NCBI GenBank assembly: GCA_963810455.1
Contig: CAWEOH010000062.1
Location: forward strand, 5,737 to 69,736
Source: an uncultured Actinomycetes bacterium
Lineage (GTDB): Bacteria > Actinomycetota > Thermoleophilia > Solirubrobacterales > 70-9
Direction: 5' to 3'
DNA length: 64,000 bases
The position numbers were made by a program, and so were the translations under genes. The notes under the pieces are model-generated. The model was not told the origin of the DNA. It did not search any database and was given only the letters and a program-made list of their open reading frames with translations. This document shows, in pieces, positions 51,213 to 59,590 of this stretch (positions within the stretch are counted from its first letter, which is position 1; every line of letters starts with the position of its first letter).

Positions 51213-53050
51213 CCTTCTTCGCCTTCTTCGGAGAAGGATGAGCGCTTGCCGACGATGAGCGTCACCTTCGAGCCCGGTTCGACTTCTTCGTGCGCCGCCG
51301 GGAGCTGTTCGATCACGCGGCCGATCTGTTCTTCGATTTCGGTTTCTTCTTCTTCCACTTCAGGGTCGAGCCCCCGTTCCCGGATCAGTTCGACGGCCTT
51401 GCGGCGTTCCTTGTTGACCACGTTCGGGACCTTGGTCAGCTTCACCGCCTTGGCGACCACGATCGAGACGGTCGAGCCGACCGCGACCTTGGTGCCGGCG
51501 CTCGGCGATTGGCGGATCACTTCGCCGGGCGCGGCGTTGCTCGTTTCCTCTTCGGTGACTTCCGGGACGAGGTTGCGCGAGCGGATCTGCTGCACGGCGC
51601 CCCGGCGCTGGGTTTCGACCAGGACCGGGACCTTGACCTGCTTCGGGCCGCCGGAGACGAAGATCTTCACTTCGGAGCCGTGGGTCGCGGTCGAGCCGCC
51701 GTGCGGTTCGGAGTAGACGACCAGGCCTTCTTCGACCTTCGAGGAGCTGACTTCTTCGACCACCGGGGTGAATTCGGCTTCTTCGAGCTTTTCGATCGCT
51801 TCCGCTTCGGTCAGTTCGGAGGTGCCGGGGACGACGCCCTGGCCGGGGCCGGCGCTGACCGTCAGCTCGACCGTCGGCTTCTTGCAGAACAGGGTGAGGA
51901 AGGCGCAGTCTTCGTCGGCCGTGCCGGGCAGCGGGTCCTGCTCGAGCACGGTGTTCCGTTCCGCCTGCCGTTCGACCGTCTTTTCGGTGACCTTGAAGCC
52001 CTGGCGTTCGAGCTTGGCGGTCGCGAATTCGACCTGCTTGCCGGTCACGTCGGGGACTTCGGTCGTCGTGTCCCTGGTCAGCAGCAGCCCGATCAGGATC
52101 CCGACCACGGCGGCGGCCGCGAGCCCGATCCAGATCCATTTGCGGTTGTCCTTCTGCTCGGGGAGCTCCTCCTCGGCGACGACCGGCGGCAGCGCGGCGA
52201 AGGCGGCGGTGCCGCCGCCGACCCCCGGTTCGCGCATCGCCTGGTCGAGGGCGGCGATGAAGGCGTCGGCGTTCTGGAAGCGCTCGCCGGGCTCCTTCTC
52301 CAGCGCCCGCATCACCACCGCGTCGAGCGCCGGCGAGACGCGCGGGTTGATCGAGCTCGGCCGCTGCGGCGCCTGCGAGACCTGTTTCATCGCCACCGCC
52401 ACCGAGCTTTCGCCCTCGAAGGGGACGCGGCCGGTGAGCGCCTCGTAGAGGATGACGCCGATCGAGTAGAGGTCGGAGACCGAGGTCACTTCGAAGCCCT
52501 GCGCCTGCTCGGGCGAGAAGTAGTGCGGGGTCCCCATCACCGAGCCGGTCTGGGTGATCTCGGAGACGCCGGCGCGGGCGATGCCGAAGTCGGTGACCAG
52601 GGCCTTGCCCTCGGCGTCGACGATCACGTTCTGCGGCTTCAGGTCGCGGTGGACGATGCCGCGGCGGTGGGCGGCGCGCGCCGCTTCCAGCACCTGGCGG
52701 ACCAGCGGCACGACCTGCTCGGGGGTGAGGCCGCGTTCGATCAGCGCCTTCAGCGTCGAGCCCTGGACGTACTGCATCGCGATGTAGTTGACGCCGTCGA
52801 AGTGGCCGCGGTCGTAGACGGAGACGATGTTCGGGTGCTGCAGCGCCGCCGCCGCCTCGGCCTCGCGCTGGAAGCGGGCGACGAACTGCTGGTCCTGGGC
52901 GAAGCGCCGGTGCAGGACCTTGAGCGCGACCTCGCGCTGCAGGTGTTCGTCCTCGGCCAGCCAGACGTCGGCCATGCCCCCCGACCCGAGCCGGTGCAGG
53001 ATCCGGTAGCGGCCGTCGACGACCTCTCCCTCTCTTACCTCAGCAGCCAC
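51209..53050 (-). CDS. pknB: PASTA-domain Ser/Thr protein kinase
   Basis: The gene starts at a GTG behind GGAGG. The kinase core shows GSGGMADVWLA..VALKV, HRDLKPQN and DFGIA. A TM segment is followed by about four PASTA-like repeats (VPDVTGK..., VPGTSEL..., VPVLVET..., VPNVVNK...). Confidence 0.92.
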   Translation of the reverse strand: MAAEVREGEVVDGRYRILHRLGSGGMADVWLAEDEHLQREVALKVLHRRFAQDQQFVARFQREAEAAAALQHPNIVSVYDRGHFDGVNYIAMQYVQGSTLKALIERGLTPEQVVPLVRQVLEAARAAHRRGIVHRDLKPQNVIVDAEGKALVTDFGIARAGVSEITQTGSVMGTPHYFSPEQAQGFEVTSVSDLYSIGVILYEALTGRVPFEGESSVAVAMKQVSQAPQRPSSINPRVSPALDAVVMRALEKEPGERFQNADAFIAALDQAMREPGVGGGTAAFAALPPVVAEEELPEQKDNRKWIWIGLAAAAVVGILIGLLLTRDTTTEVPDVTGKQVEFATAKLERQGFKVTEKTVERQAERNTVLEQDPLPGTADEDCAFLTLFCKKPTVELTVSAGPGQGVVPGTSELTEAEAIEKLEEAEFTPVVEEVSSSKVEEGLVVYSEPHGGSTATHGSEVKIFVSGGPKQVKVPVLVETQRRGAVQQIRSRNLVPEVTEEETSNAAPGEVIRQSPSAGTKVAVGSTVSIVVAKAVKLTKVPNVVNKERRKAVELIRERGLDPEVEEEETEIEEQIGRVIEQLPAAHEEVEPGSKVTLIVGKRSSFSEEGEEG

Positions 53051-53072
53051 TACCAGCCTCCATTGCTCTCAC

Positions 53073-53089
53073 GCCGACGGGCCGTCGGC
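53073..53089. repeat. Minimal palindrome GCCGACGG-G-CCGTCGGC between pbpA and pknB
   Basis: The 8-bp arms have the same sequence as the outer arms of the hairpins at 34796-34842 and 61424-61467. Confidence 0.45.
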
Positions 53090-53104
53090 ATCTGTCGTCT
53101 TGTC

Positions 53105-54562
53105 TTATTCGCCATTGAGGATCGCTTCGGCGACGTCCTTGAAGATCGGCGCCGCGACGTCGTTGCCGAACTGTTCGGTGCACTCGACCGAGGCGGCGAT
53201 CGCGATCTTCGGTTCGTCGGCCGGGACGAAGCCCATGAACCAGGCCTGGTTCTCGGCTTCGCCGCCGCCGCAGGATTCGTTGCCCGGCGTTTCCGCGGTG
53301 CCGGTCTTGCCGGCGACCTGGACGCCGGCGATCGCCGCGTTGGTGCCGGTGCCTTCGCGGACCACGCCTTCCATCGCCGTCGTCAGCTCCGCCGCGGTCT
53401 TGGCGCTGACCGCCTGGCTGTACTCGCTCGGGTCCATCTTGTCGACCGTGCGACCGTCGGAATCGACGACGCGGTTCCAGATCTGCGGCTTCATCAGCCG
53501 GCCCTTGTTGGCGACCGCGGCGGCGACCATCGCGATCTGCAGCGGCGTCGCCAGCAGCCGCTCCTGGCCGATCGCGACGCGGGCGAGGTCGACCGGGTCG
53601 TTGCGGTGCAGCAACTGGTTTCCGGAGACGACGCCGCTTTCCAGCGTCTCTTCGGCAGGGAGGTCGATCGGCGGCTTGGAGCCGAAGCCGAACTTTTCCA
53701 TCGTCTCGAACAGCTGGTCCTGGCCGACTTTCTGGCCGAGCTGGGCGAACCAGGTGTTGACCGAGTTGGTCAGCGCCGTGTCGAGGGAGATGTCGCCCCA
53801 GTCCTTGGTGTAGTCGTTGCGCAGTTCGTGGCCTTCGTCGATGATCACGCCCGGTGCGTTGATCGTCGTTTCCGGGGTGATCTTGCCGCTTTCCAGACCC
53901 GCCGCCGCGGTCACGACCTTGAAGGTCGAGCCGGGCGGGTAGCGCGCGAAGCTCGCCCGGTCGACCAGGGGCGTTTCGATTTCGTTGGTCGACAGCCTCG
54001 AGTATTCGTTGGGAACCCGGTTCGGGTTGTAGGGCGCGTTGGAGGCCATCACCTTGACCGCCCCGGTGCTCGGTTCGATCGCGACGACGGCGCCGAAGCC
54101 GGCCGCTTCGAGGTCGCTCAGGGCGATCCGCTGCGCCGCGGTGTCGAGGTTGGTGACGACGTCGTCGCCTTCGCGGTTCTGCCCGGTCAGCTCTTCGAGG
54201 ATCGTGCTGAATTCCGATTCTTCGCCGACCAGTTCGGCGTTGTGGGAGCGCTCGAACTCGACGTTGCCGTATTCCATGAAGCTGTAGCCGATCGGGTGGC
54301 CGAACAGCGTCCCCTGGGGGTAGCGGCGGACGTAGCGCAGGCTGGCGCCGCGGCCTTCGGATACAGACTTGGCGATCACCGTGCCATCGGCGGCGAGGAT
54401 GCGCCCGCGCTTGATCTGCTGCGCCTCGAACAGCGGTCGCTTGTTGACCTTCTGGTCCTTCAGCGCCGCGGCGTCGAAGACCGACCAGTAGGACGTGAAG
54501 CCGACAAGGACGCCGAAGAGGACGACGATGAAGGCGAAGAGCTTGATGATCTGCCGGTTCAC
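53105..54562 (-). CDS. pbpA: Penicillin-binding protein A (class B transpeptidase)
   Basis: The GTG start overlaps the rodA stop (GTGA). The product contains STFK (PPGSTFKVV), SVN (TNSVNTWF) and KTG (AGKTGTAE). Confidence 0.92.
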   Translation of the reverse strand: MNRQIIKLFAFIVVLFGVLVGFTSYWSVFDAAALKDQKVNKRPLFEAQQIKRGRILAADGTVIAKSVSEGRGASLRYVRRYPQGTLFGHPIGYSFMEYGNVEFERSHNAELVGEESEFSTILEELTGQNREGDDVVTNLDTAAQRIALSDLEAAGFGAVVAIEPSTGAVKVMASNAPYNPNRVPNEYSRLSTNEIETPLVDRASFARYPPGSTFKVVTAAAGLESGKITPETTINAPGVIIDEGHELRNDYTKDWGDISLDTALTNSVNTWFAQLGQKVGQDQLFETMEKFGFGSKPPIDLPAEETLESGVVSGNQLLHRNDPVDLARVAIGQERLLATPLQIAMVAAAVANKGRLMKPQIWNRVVDSDGRTVDKMDPSEYSQAVSAKTAAELTTAMEGVVREGTGTNAAIAGVQVAGKTGTAETPGNESCGGGEAENQAWFMGFVPADEPKIAIAASVECTEQFGNDVAAPIFKDVAEAILNGE

Positions 54563-55890
54563 GCGAAGCTCCCCAACGCGCGCTCGCCATTGCCTCGCTC
54601 ACGCGCCTCGCGGCGGGCGCGGTCGGAGACCAGCAGCAGCAGGGCCAGGAGGACGAAGTTGGCGACGATCGAGCTGCCGCCGTAGCTGACGAACGGCAGG
54701 GTGACGCCGGTCAGCGGGATCACCCGGGTGACGCCGCCGATGATGACGAAGGCCTGGATCGCGAAGACCGCGGTCAGCCCGGTCGCCAGCAGCTTCGAGA
54801 AGCCGTCGTCGGCGAGCAGCGCGACCTTGAAGCCGCGGGCGGTGATCAGCAGGTAGGTGGCGATCAGGCCGCAGGCGCCGAAGAGGCCGAGCTCGTTGAC
54901 GATCAGCGCGTAGATCGTGTCGGTCTGCGCCGCCGGCAGCAGGACGCCGCCGGTCGAGGTCGTGATCATGCCCTGGCCGAAGCCCTTGCCGAAGAGGCCG
55001 CCGTCGGCCTGGGCGAAGATCGACTGCAGGATCTGGTACCCGGCCTTGTGCGGATGGTTGTAGGGGTGCAGCCAGATTTCGACCCGGTCGGCGACGTGGG
55101 GCACGGTGCTGGCGAAGAACCAGGCGCCGAGCAGGAACATCGCCATGCCGATGACGACGAACGAGAAGCGGCCGGTGGCGACGTAGAGCAGGGCGAGGAA
55201 GGCGGTGAAGAACATCAGCGAGCTGCCGAGGTCGCGGATGAAGACGAGCATGAACATCGAGGCGCCCCAGACGACCAGCATCGGGCCGAAGTGTTTGAGC
55301 GGCGGCAGCGTCACCCCGAGGATGCGGCGGGCGCCGACGATCAGGACCTCGCGGTGCTCGCGCAGGTAGCTGGCGAGGAAGATGACGATCCCGATCTTCG
55401 CGAACTCGGCCGGCTGGAAGGCGATCGGGCCGAGCTTGACCCCGAGGTAGGCGCCGTTGACCGGCTGGCCGATCCCGGGCAGCCGCGGCGCCAGCAGCAG
55501 CAGGATCGAGATCGCGGCGATCGTGTAGCGGTAGCGCTCGAGCACCTCGTAATCGCGCAGCAGCTGGATCGTCAGCGCGAAGAGGACGAGGCCGAGGACG
55601 AACCAGTTGGCCTGGTCGCGGGCCAGGGTTTCGTCGATCCGGTAGACCATCACCAGGCCGAAGGCGGTGAGCAGCGCCATCAGCGGGAACAGGTAGGGGT
55701 CGGCGTTGGGCAGCCGGATGCGGAGGAAGATGTGGGTGGCGAGGCAGATCGCGAGGAAGTAGGCGCCGTAGACGAGGCTGACGTTGTCGACTTTCGGGCC
55801 CTCCTGGGCGAGGACGGCGGCGAAGCCGGCGGTGAGCAGCAGCGCGACCGGGACCAGGGCGATCAGCTCCCGGTTCCTGGCCGACCTCAA
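54559..55890 (-). CDS. rodA: FtsW/RodA/SpoVE family peptidoglycan glycosyltransferase
   Basis: The TTG start at 55890 overlaps the pstP stop (TTGA). The product contains ..FQPAEFAKI...AQTDTIYALIVNELGLFG...GVTLPFVSYGGSS. Confidence 0.9.
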   Translation of the reverse strand: MRSARNRELIALVPVALLLTAGFAAVLAQEGPKVDNVSLVYGAYFLAICLATHIFLRIRLPNADPYLFPLMALLTAFGLVMVYRIDETLARDQANWFVLGLVLFALTIQLLRDYEVLERYRYTIAAISILLLLAPRLPGIGQPVNGAYLGVKLGPIAFQPAEFAKIGIVIFLASYLREHREVLIVGARRILGVTLPPLKHFGPMLVVWGASMFMLVFIRDLGSSLMFFTAFLALLYVATGRFSFVVIGMAMFLLGAWFFASTVPHVADRVEIWLHPYNHPHKAGYQILQSIFAQADGGLFGKGFGQGMITTSTGGVLLPAAQTDTIYALIVNELGLFGACGLIATYLLITARGFKVALLADDGFSKLLATGLTAVFAIQAFVIIGGVTRVIPLTGVTLPFVSYGGSSIVANFVLLALLLLVSDRARREARERGNGERALGSFA

Positions 55891-57099
55891 GGGACCCCCT
55901 GCCCGCGTTCGATTTCTTCCAGCAGCGAGACCGCGTCCGAGCGCGAGCGCAGGTCGTGGCCGGTGACCGCGTCGTGCCGTCTGCCGAGCAGCGCCGAGGT
56001 CTGGATCGGGCTCGAGTAGCGCTCGCTGTAGAGCTTGATCCCGAGCGGCAGTTCGTAGGGCAGGCCGCGGTAGAGGGCGACGCGCCCGGCTTCGTCGGTG
56101 CCGAGGAACCAGACCTGGCGGTTGCCGTACCAGGCGCCGAAGGCGATCGCGGCGACGAGGAGGAGGCCGGCCAGCACCTTCGCCGCCGTCTTCAGCCGCT
56201 TGCGCCGCCGGGACGGCTTCGCCTGCAGCTCCTCGCGCCGCTGGCGGGCGGCCTCGGCGGCGGCGCGGCGGCGCACCTCGGTCGCGGTCAGCCCGGCCTC
56301 CTCGGCCGAGTCGCCGATCAGGGTCGCGCCCTCGGATTCCTCCGGGCCGCCCGCCGGCGCGGCGGCGACCGGCGCGGCGGCGTCCTCGACGCGGAAGGCG
56401 ACGACGGTGATGTTGTCGCGGCCGCCGGCCCGGTTGGCTTCGTCGACCAGGGCGCGGGCGGCGCTCTGCAGCGTGGTCGCGCGGGCGAGGACGCGGGCGA
56501 TGTGCTCCTCGTCGATCATCGTCGTCAGCCCGTCGGAGCAGATCAGGAAGACGTCGCCGGCCTGGGCGGGGACCGTCTGCACGTCGACCTGGACCTCCGG
56601 TTCGGGGCCGAGGGCGCGGGTGATGATCGAGCGCTGCGGGTGTTCCTCGGCCTGGGCGTCGGTGAGCTGGCCCTTGCGCCGCATCTCCTCGACCAGCGAG
56701 TGGTCGCGGGTGAGGCGTTCGAGGCGGCCGGCGCGGAAGCGGTAGGCGCGGCTGTCGCCGACGTGGCCGATCGCCACCTCCTCGGCCTCCAGGTCGACGA
56801 TCATCGCCGTCGTCGTCGTCCCCATCCCGGTCAGCTCGGGGTCGCGCCGGGCGCGCTCGTGGATCGCCCGGTTGGCGCCCGCGATCGTGTCGGCCAGGAC
56901 CCGCTCGGGCGGCGCCTGCGGCAGCTCGCGAGTCGAACGACTCCGCCGCCTCCTTGGAGGCGACCTCGCCGGCCTGGGCGCCACCCATCCCGTCGGCGAC
57001 GACGAAGACGTTGTCGCGGGTGAACAGCGAGTCCTCGTTGGCGTTGCGCTGCCGCCCGGTGTCGGTGCGGGTCGCCTGGTCGGAGATCCGCAGCGTCAT
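55887..57099 (-). CDS. pstP: PP2C-family Ser/Thr phosphatase PstP, apparent +1 frameshift
   Basis: The N-terminal 56 aa (MTLRISDQATRTDTGRQRNANEDS...VVADGMGGAQAGEVASKEAAESF) are in one frame. The remainder (..ERVLADTIAGANRAIHE...GMGTTTTAMIV...GHVGDSRAY...ICSDGLT...GGRDNITVV, followed by a TM segment and an extracellular tail) is in another. The frames meet within 56905-56936. The span is 1213 nt, which is 3n+1. Confidence 0.8.
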
Positions 57100-57118
57100 G
57101 ACAGCCTCCCGGCGCGCG

Positions 57119-57589
57119 TCATCCCGCCTCCAGCCTGAACTCGGTGTCGCCGATCTGGATCGTGTCGCCGTCGATCAGCTCCGCCTCGCCGTTGAGGGTG
57201 GCGCCGTTGAGCAGCGTGCCGTTGGTCGAGTTCATGTCCTCGACGTAGAAGTGGCCGCCGCGTTCGAAGACGCGGGCGTGGATGCCGGAGGCGTAGCGGT
57301 CCGAGATCTGGACGTCGGCGTCCTTCGAGCGGCCGATCGAGAGGCCGCCGATCAGGTCGAAGCGCTGGTCGCGCTCGAGGCCGCCGCCGCGTTCGGCGAT
57401 CAGCCAGGCGTCTGTGCCGCGCGGCGGCTCGGCGAAGCCGGCGGGCGAGTGGAACCCGGTCGCGTCCGGCGCCGGTGAGGCGGTCCGCCGCAGGTCTCGC
57501 AGCGCGCTGCGCGCGATCACCAGCAGGTAGACGAAAAGCAGGGCGAGAAAGCCGAACTTGAGCGCCACGGATATCGGGTCGTATTCCAC
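57119..57589 (-). CDS. fhaB: FHA-domain protein FhaB/FipA-like (N-terminal TM segment plus FHA)
   Basis: The 156-aa product contains ALKFGFLALLFVYLLVIA (TM) ...GRSKDADVQISDRYASGIHARV...DMNSTNGTLLNG. Confidence 0.88.
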   Translation of the reverse strand: MEYDPISVALKFGFLALLFVYLLVIARSALRDLRRTASPAPDATGFHSPAGFAEPPRGTDAWLIAERGGGLERDQRFDLIGGLSIGRSKDADVQISDRYASGIHARVFERGGHFYVEDMNSTNGTLLNGATLNGEAELIDGDTIQIGDTEFRLEAG

Positions 57590-57616
57590 TGTCCGGCACC
57601 TTACGGGCCGCGCCCG

Positions 57617-58393
57617 CTACTGCTCGACGTCGAACATGAAAGTGGTCGTGCCGACCGTCACCTGGTCGCCCGGGCTGAGCCGGGTCGAGGCGACGCGGCG
57701 CCCGTTGACCTTGATCCCGTTGGTCGAGCCGAGATCGACGATCTGCCAGTCGCCGCTCTCCGAGCGGCGCAGCTCGGCGTGGCGCCTGGACACGTTGGGG
57801 TCGGCGAGCACGCACTCGGCTGACTTCGAGCGGCCGATCGTCGCCCGCGGCCCGTCGAGGACGTAACGCCGGTCGCCGAGCGAGACGACGGCACGGGTGG
57901 AGACCAGCGCCCGCACCGCCTGCTCCGGCTCTTTCGGCCGGGCCCGGTCGCGCTCGCGCACCGCCGAGTAGACCATCGTGTGGCCCTCTTCGCCCTGGCG
58001 GGCGGAGTCGCCCTCGTGCGCCGGGGGCTTGACCAGCCGCGCCTGGATCCCGAACTCGCCGAGCCGCAGCCGCTCGTCGGTCTGGAAATCGACCGCCGGC
58101 CTGGTGAGCAGGTCGTAGCCGCGTCGCCGCGCGTGCTCGAGCAGGTAGCCGGAGAGCTCCTGCTCGAGCGAGCGCTCGTAGCCTTCGAGCTTGGAGCGGT
58201 CCTGCTTGGAGAGGAAGACCGTGTACTCGTTGGGGACGTAGACGCGCTGGACCGAGGCGGTCTTGTGGGCGTCCATTTCCTTGGCCAGTTTGCGGGCCAG
58301 TTCGACCGGCTGCACCTCCGAGCTGAAGGCGCGGCTGAAGGCCCCCTCGACGAGGCCTTCGATCCCGGACTCCAGCTTGCGGAAGATGCTGAT
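57617..58393 (-). CDS. fhaA: FhaA (DUF3662/FhaA_N plus FHA domain), probably initiated at a non-canonical ATC
   Basis: The listed ORF starts at GTG 58315 (VQPVELARKLAKEMD). The 26 in-frame codons upstream read ISIFRKLESGIEGLVEGAFSRAFSSE, which matches the conserved FhaA N-terminus. They begin with ATC at 58393, 6 nt after AAAGGAGA. No ATG, GTG, TTG or CTG occurs between the upstream TAG and 58315. The C-terminal FHA domain reads GRSKSAECVL.DPNVSRRHAEL...DLGSTNGIKVNG. Confidence 0.75.
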   Translation of the reverse strand: MSIFRKLESGIEGLVEGAFSRAFSSEVQPVELARKLAKEMDAHKTASVQRVYVPNEYTVFLSKQDRSKLEGYERSLEQELSGYLLEHARRRGYDLLTRPAVDFQTDERLRLGEFGIQARLVKPPAHEGDSARQGEEGHTMVYSAVRERDRARPKEPEQAVRALVSTRAVVSLGDRRYVLDGPRATIGRSKSAECVLADPNVSRRHAELRRSESGDWQIVDLGSTNGIKVNGRRVASTRLSPGDQVTVGTTTFMFDVEQ

Positions 58394-58453
58394 CGGATGT
58401 CTCCTTTGGGCGGCGTCGAAGCGGCTTTCCCAGCGGGAAGGCCGACCGAGATC

Positions 58454-59482
58454 CTAGGGCAGAAGCGCGCCGTGGCCGGCGATCAGGAAGCCCGCCGCGA
58501 CCGCGGCGCAGGCGATCGCGGTGAGGCGCAGGCCGACGTGACCGCGGTGCTCGGGGGCGTCGTCGTCGAGGAGGTCGAGCGCATCCTCGATCGCGGTGCC
58601 GAGTTCCTCCAGGGTGGGCCGGCGGTTCGGGCGCGACGCCAGGCAGGCGTCGAGCGCGTCGGTCAGCTCGCGCGGCAGGTCGGGCCGCAGCCGCCGCAGC
58701 GGGCGGTGGCGGGCGCCGATCGCGCGGGCGGTGGCGGCGGGGCTGGAGCGCCGGTGCGGGTTCTCGCCGCTCCAGCACTCGTACAGGGTGAGGGCGAGCG
58801 AGTAGACGTCGGCCTCGGGCCCGGCGGCGCGGCCCTCGGCCTGCTCGGGGGACATGTAGGCGAGGGTGCCGACGATGTCGCCGGCGGCGGTCAGCGGCGA
58901 GTCGTCGGCGAGGCGGGCGATGCCGAAGTCCATCAGCTTGGCGCGCGGTTCGCCGTCGGTGACCTGGACGTTCTGCGGCTTGATGTCGCGGTGGACGACG
59001 CCGCGCGCGTGGGCGTGGTCGAGCGCCTCGCAGAGGTCGGCGCCGATCTCGCCGATTTCGCGGTCGGAGAGCTCGCCGGTGGCGGCGAGCCGGGCCAGGG
59101 TCGAGCCCTCGACCAGCTCGGTGACCAGCAGCGCGTTGCCGTCCTCCTCGCCGAGCTCGTAGAGGGTGACGATGCCGGGGTGGTTGAGCCGCGCCGCCGC
59201 CTGCGCCTCGCGCAGGACCCGGCGCCCGGCCTCGCCCCGCTGCTCGATCGCCTTGACCGCGACGGAGCGCTCGAGGCGACCGTCCCAGGCCTCGTAGACG
59301 ACGCCGAACCCGCCGCTGCCGATGCGGCGCTCGATCACGAAGCGGTTGAGGACCACGGAGCCGACCAAAGCCTCTTCCGCTTCGACGCCGCGGCGCCGTT
59401 TCCTGCTCCACAGGGCGGCCGGGCGGTGGGAAAAAGGCACCGTTTGCGGCGTCAAATCCCCGCGAAACGGCCCAACCTTCAT
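58454..59482 (-). CDS. Ser/Thr protein kinase (short, with a C-terminal TM anchor)
   Basis: The product contains GSGGFGVVYEA..VAVKA, HRDIKPQN and DFGIA. The C-terminus is LRLTAIACAAVAAGFLIAG. Confidence 0.88.
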   Translation of the reverse strand: MKVGPFRGDLTPQTVPFSHRPAALWSRKRRRGVEAEEALVGSVVLNRFVIERRIGSGGFGVVYEAWDGRLERSVAVKAIEQRGEAGRRVLREAQAAARLNHPGIVTLYELGEEDGNALLVTELVEGSTLARLAATGELSDREIGEIGADLCEALDHAHARGVVHRDIKPQNVQVTDGEPRAKLMDFGIARLADDSPLTAAGDIVGTLAYMSPEQAEGRAAGPEADVYSLALTLYECWSGENPHRRSSPAATARAIGARHRPLRRLRPDLPRELTDALDACLASRPNRRPTLEELGTAIEDALDLLDDDAPEHRGHVGLRLTAIACAAVAAGFLIAGHGALLP

Positions 59483-59590
59483 ACTCTCCGGCCCAAGCTA
59501 CCCAGTTTGGAGAACTCTTCTTTGGAGGATTCCGCAGCAGGACGGCCGCCACGGCCGCGACCGAAACGCCGACCGCCGCGCCAGCAGGTG

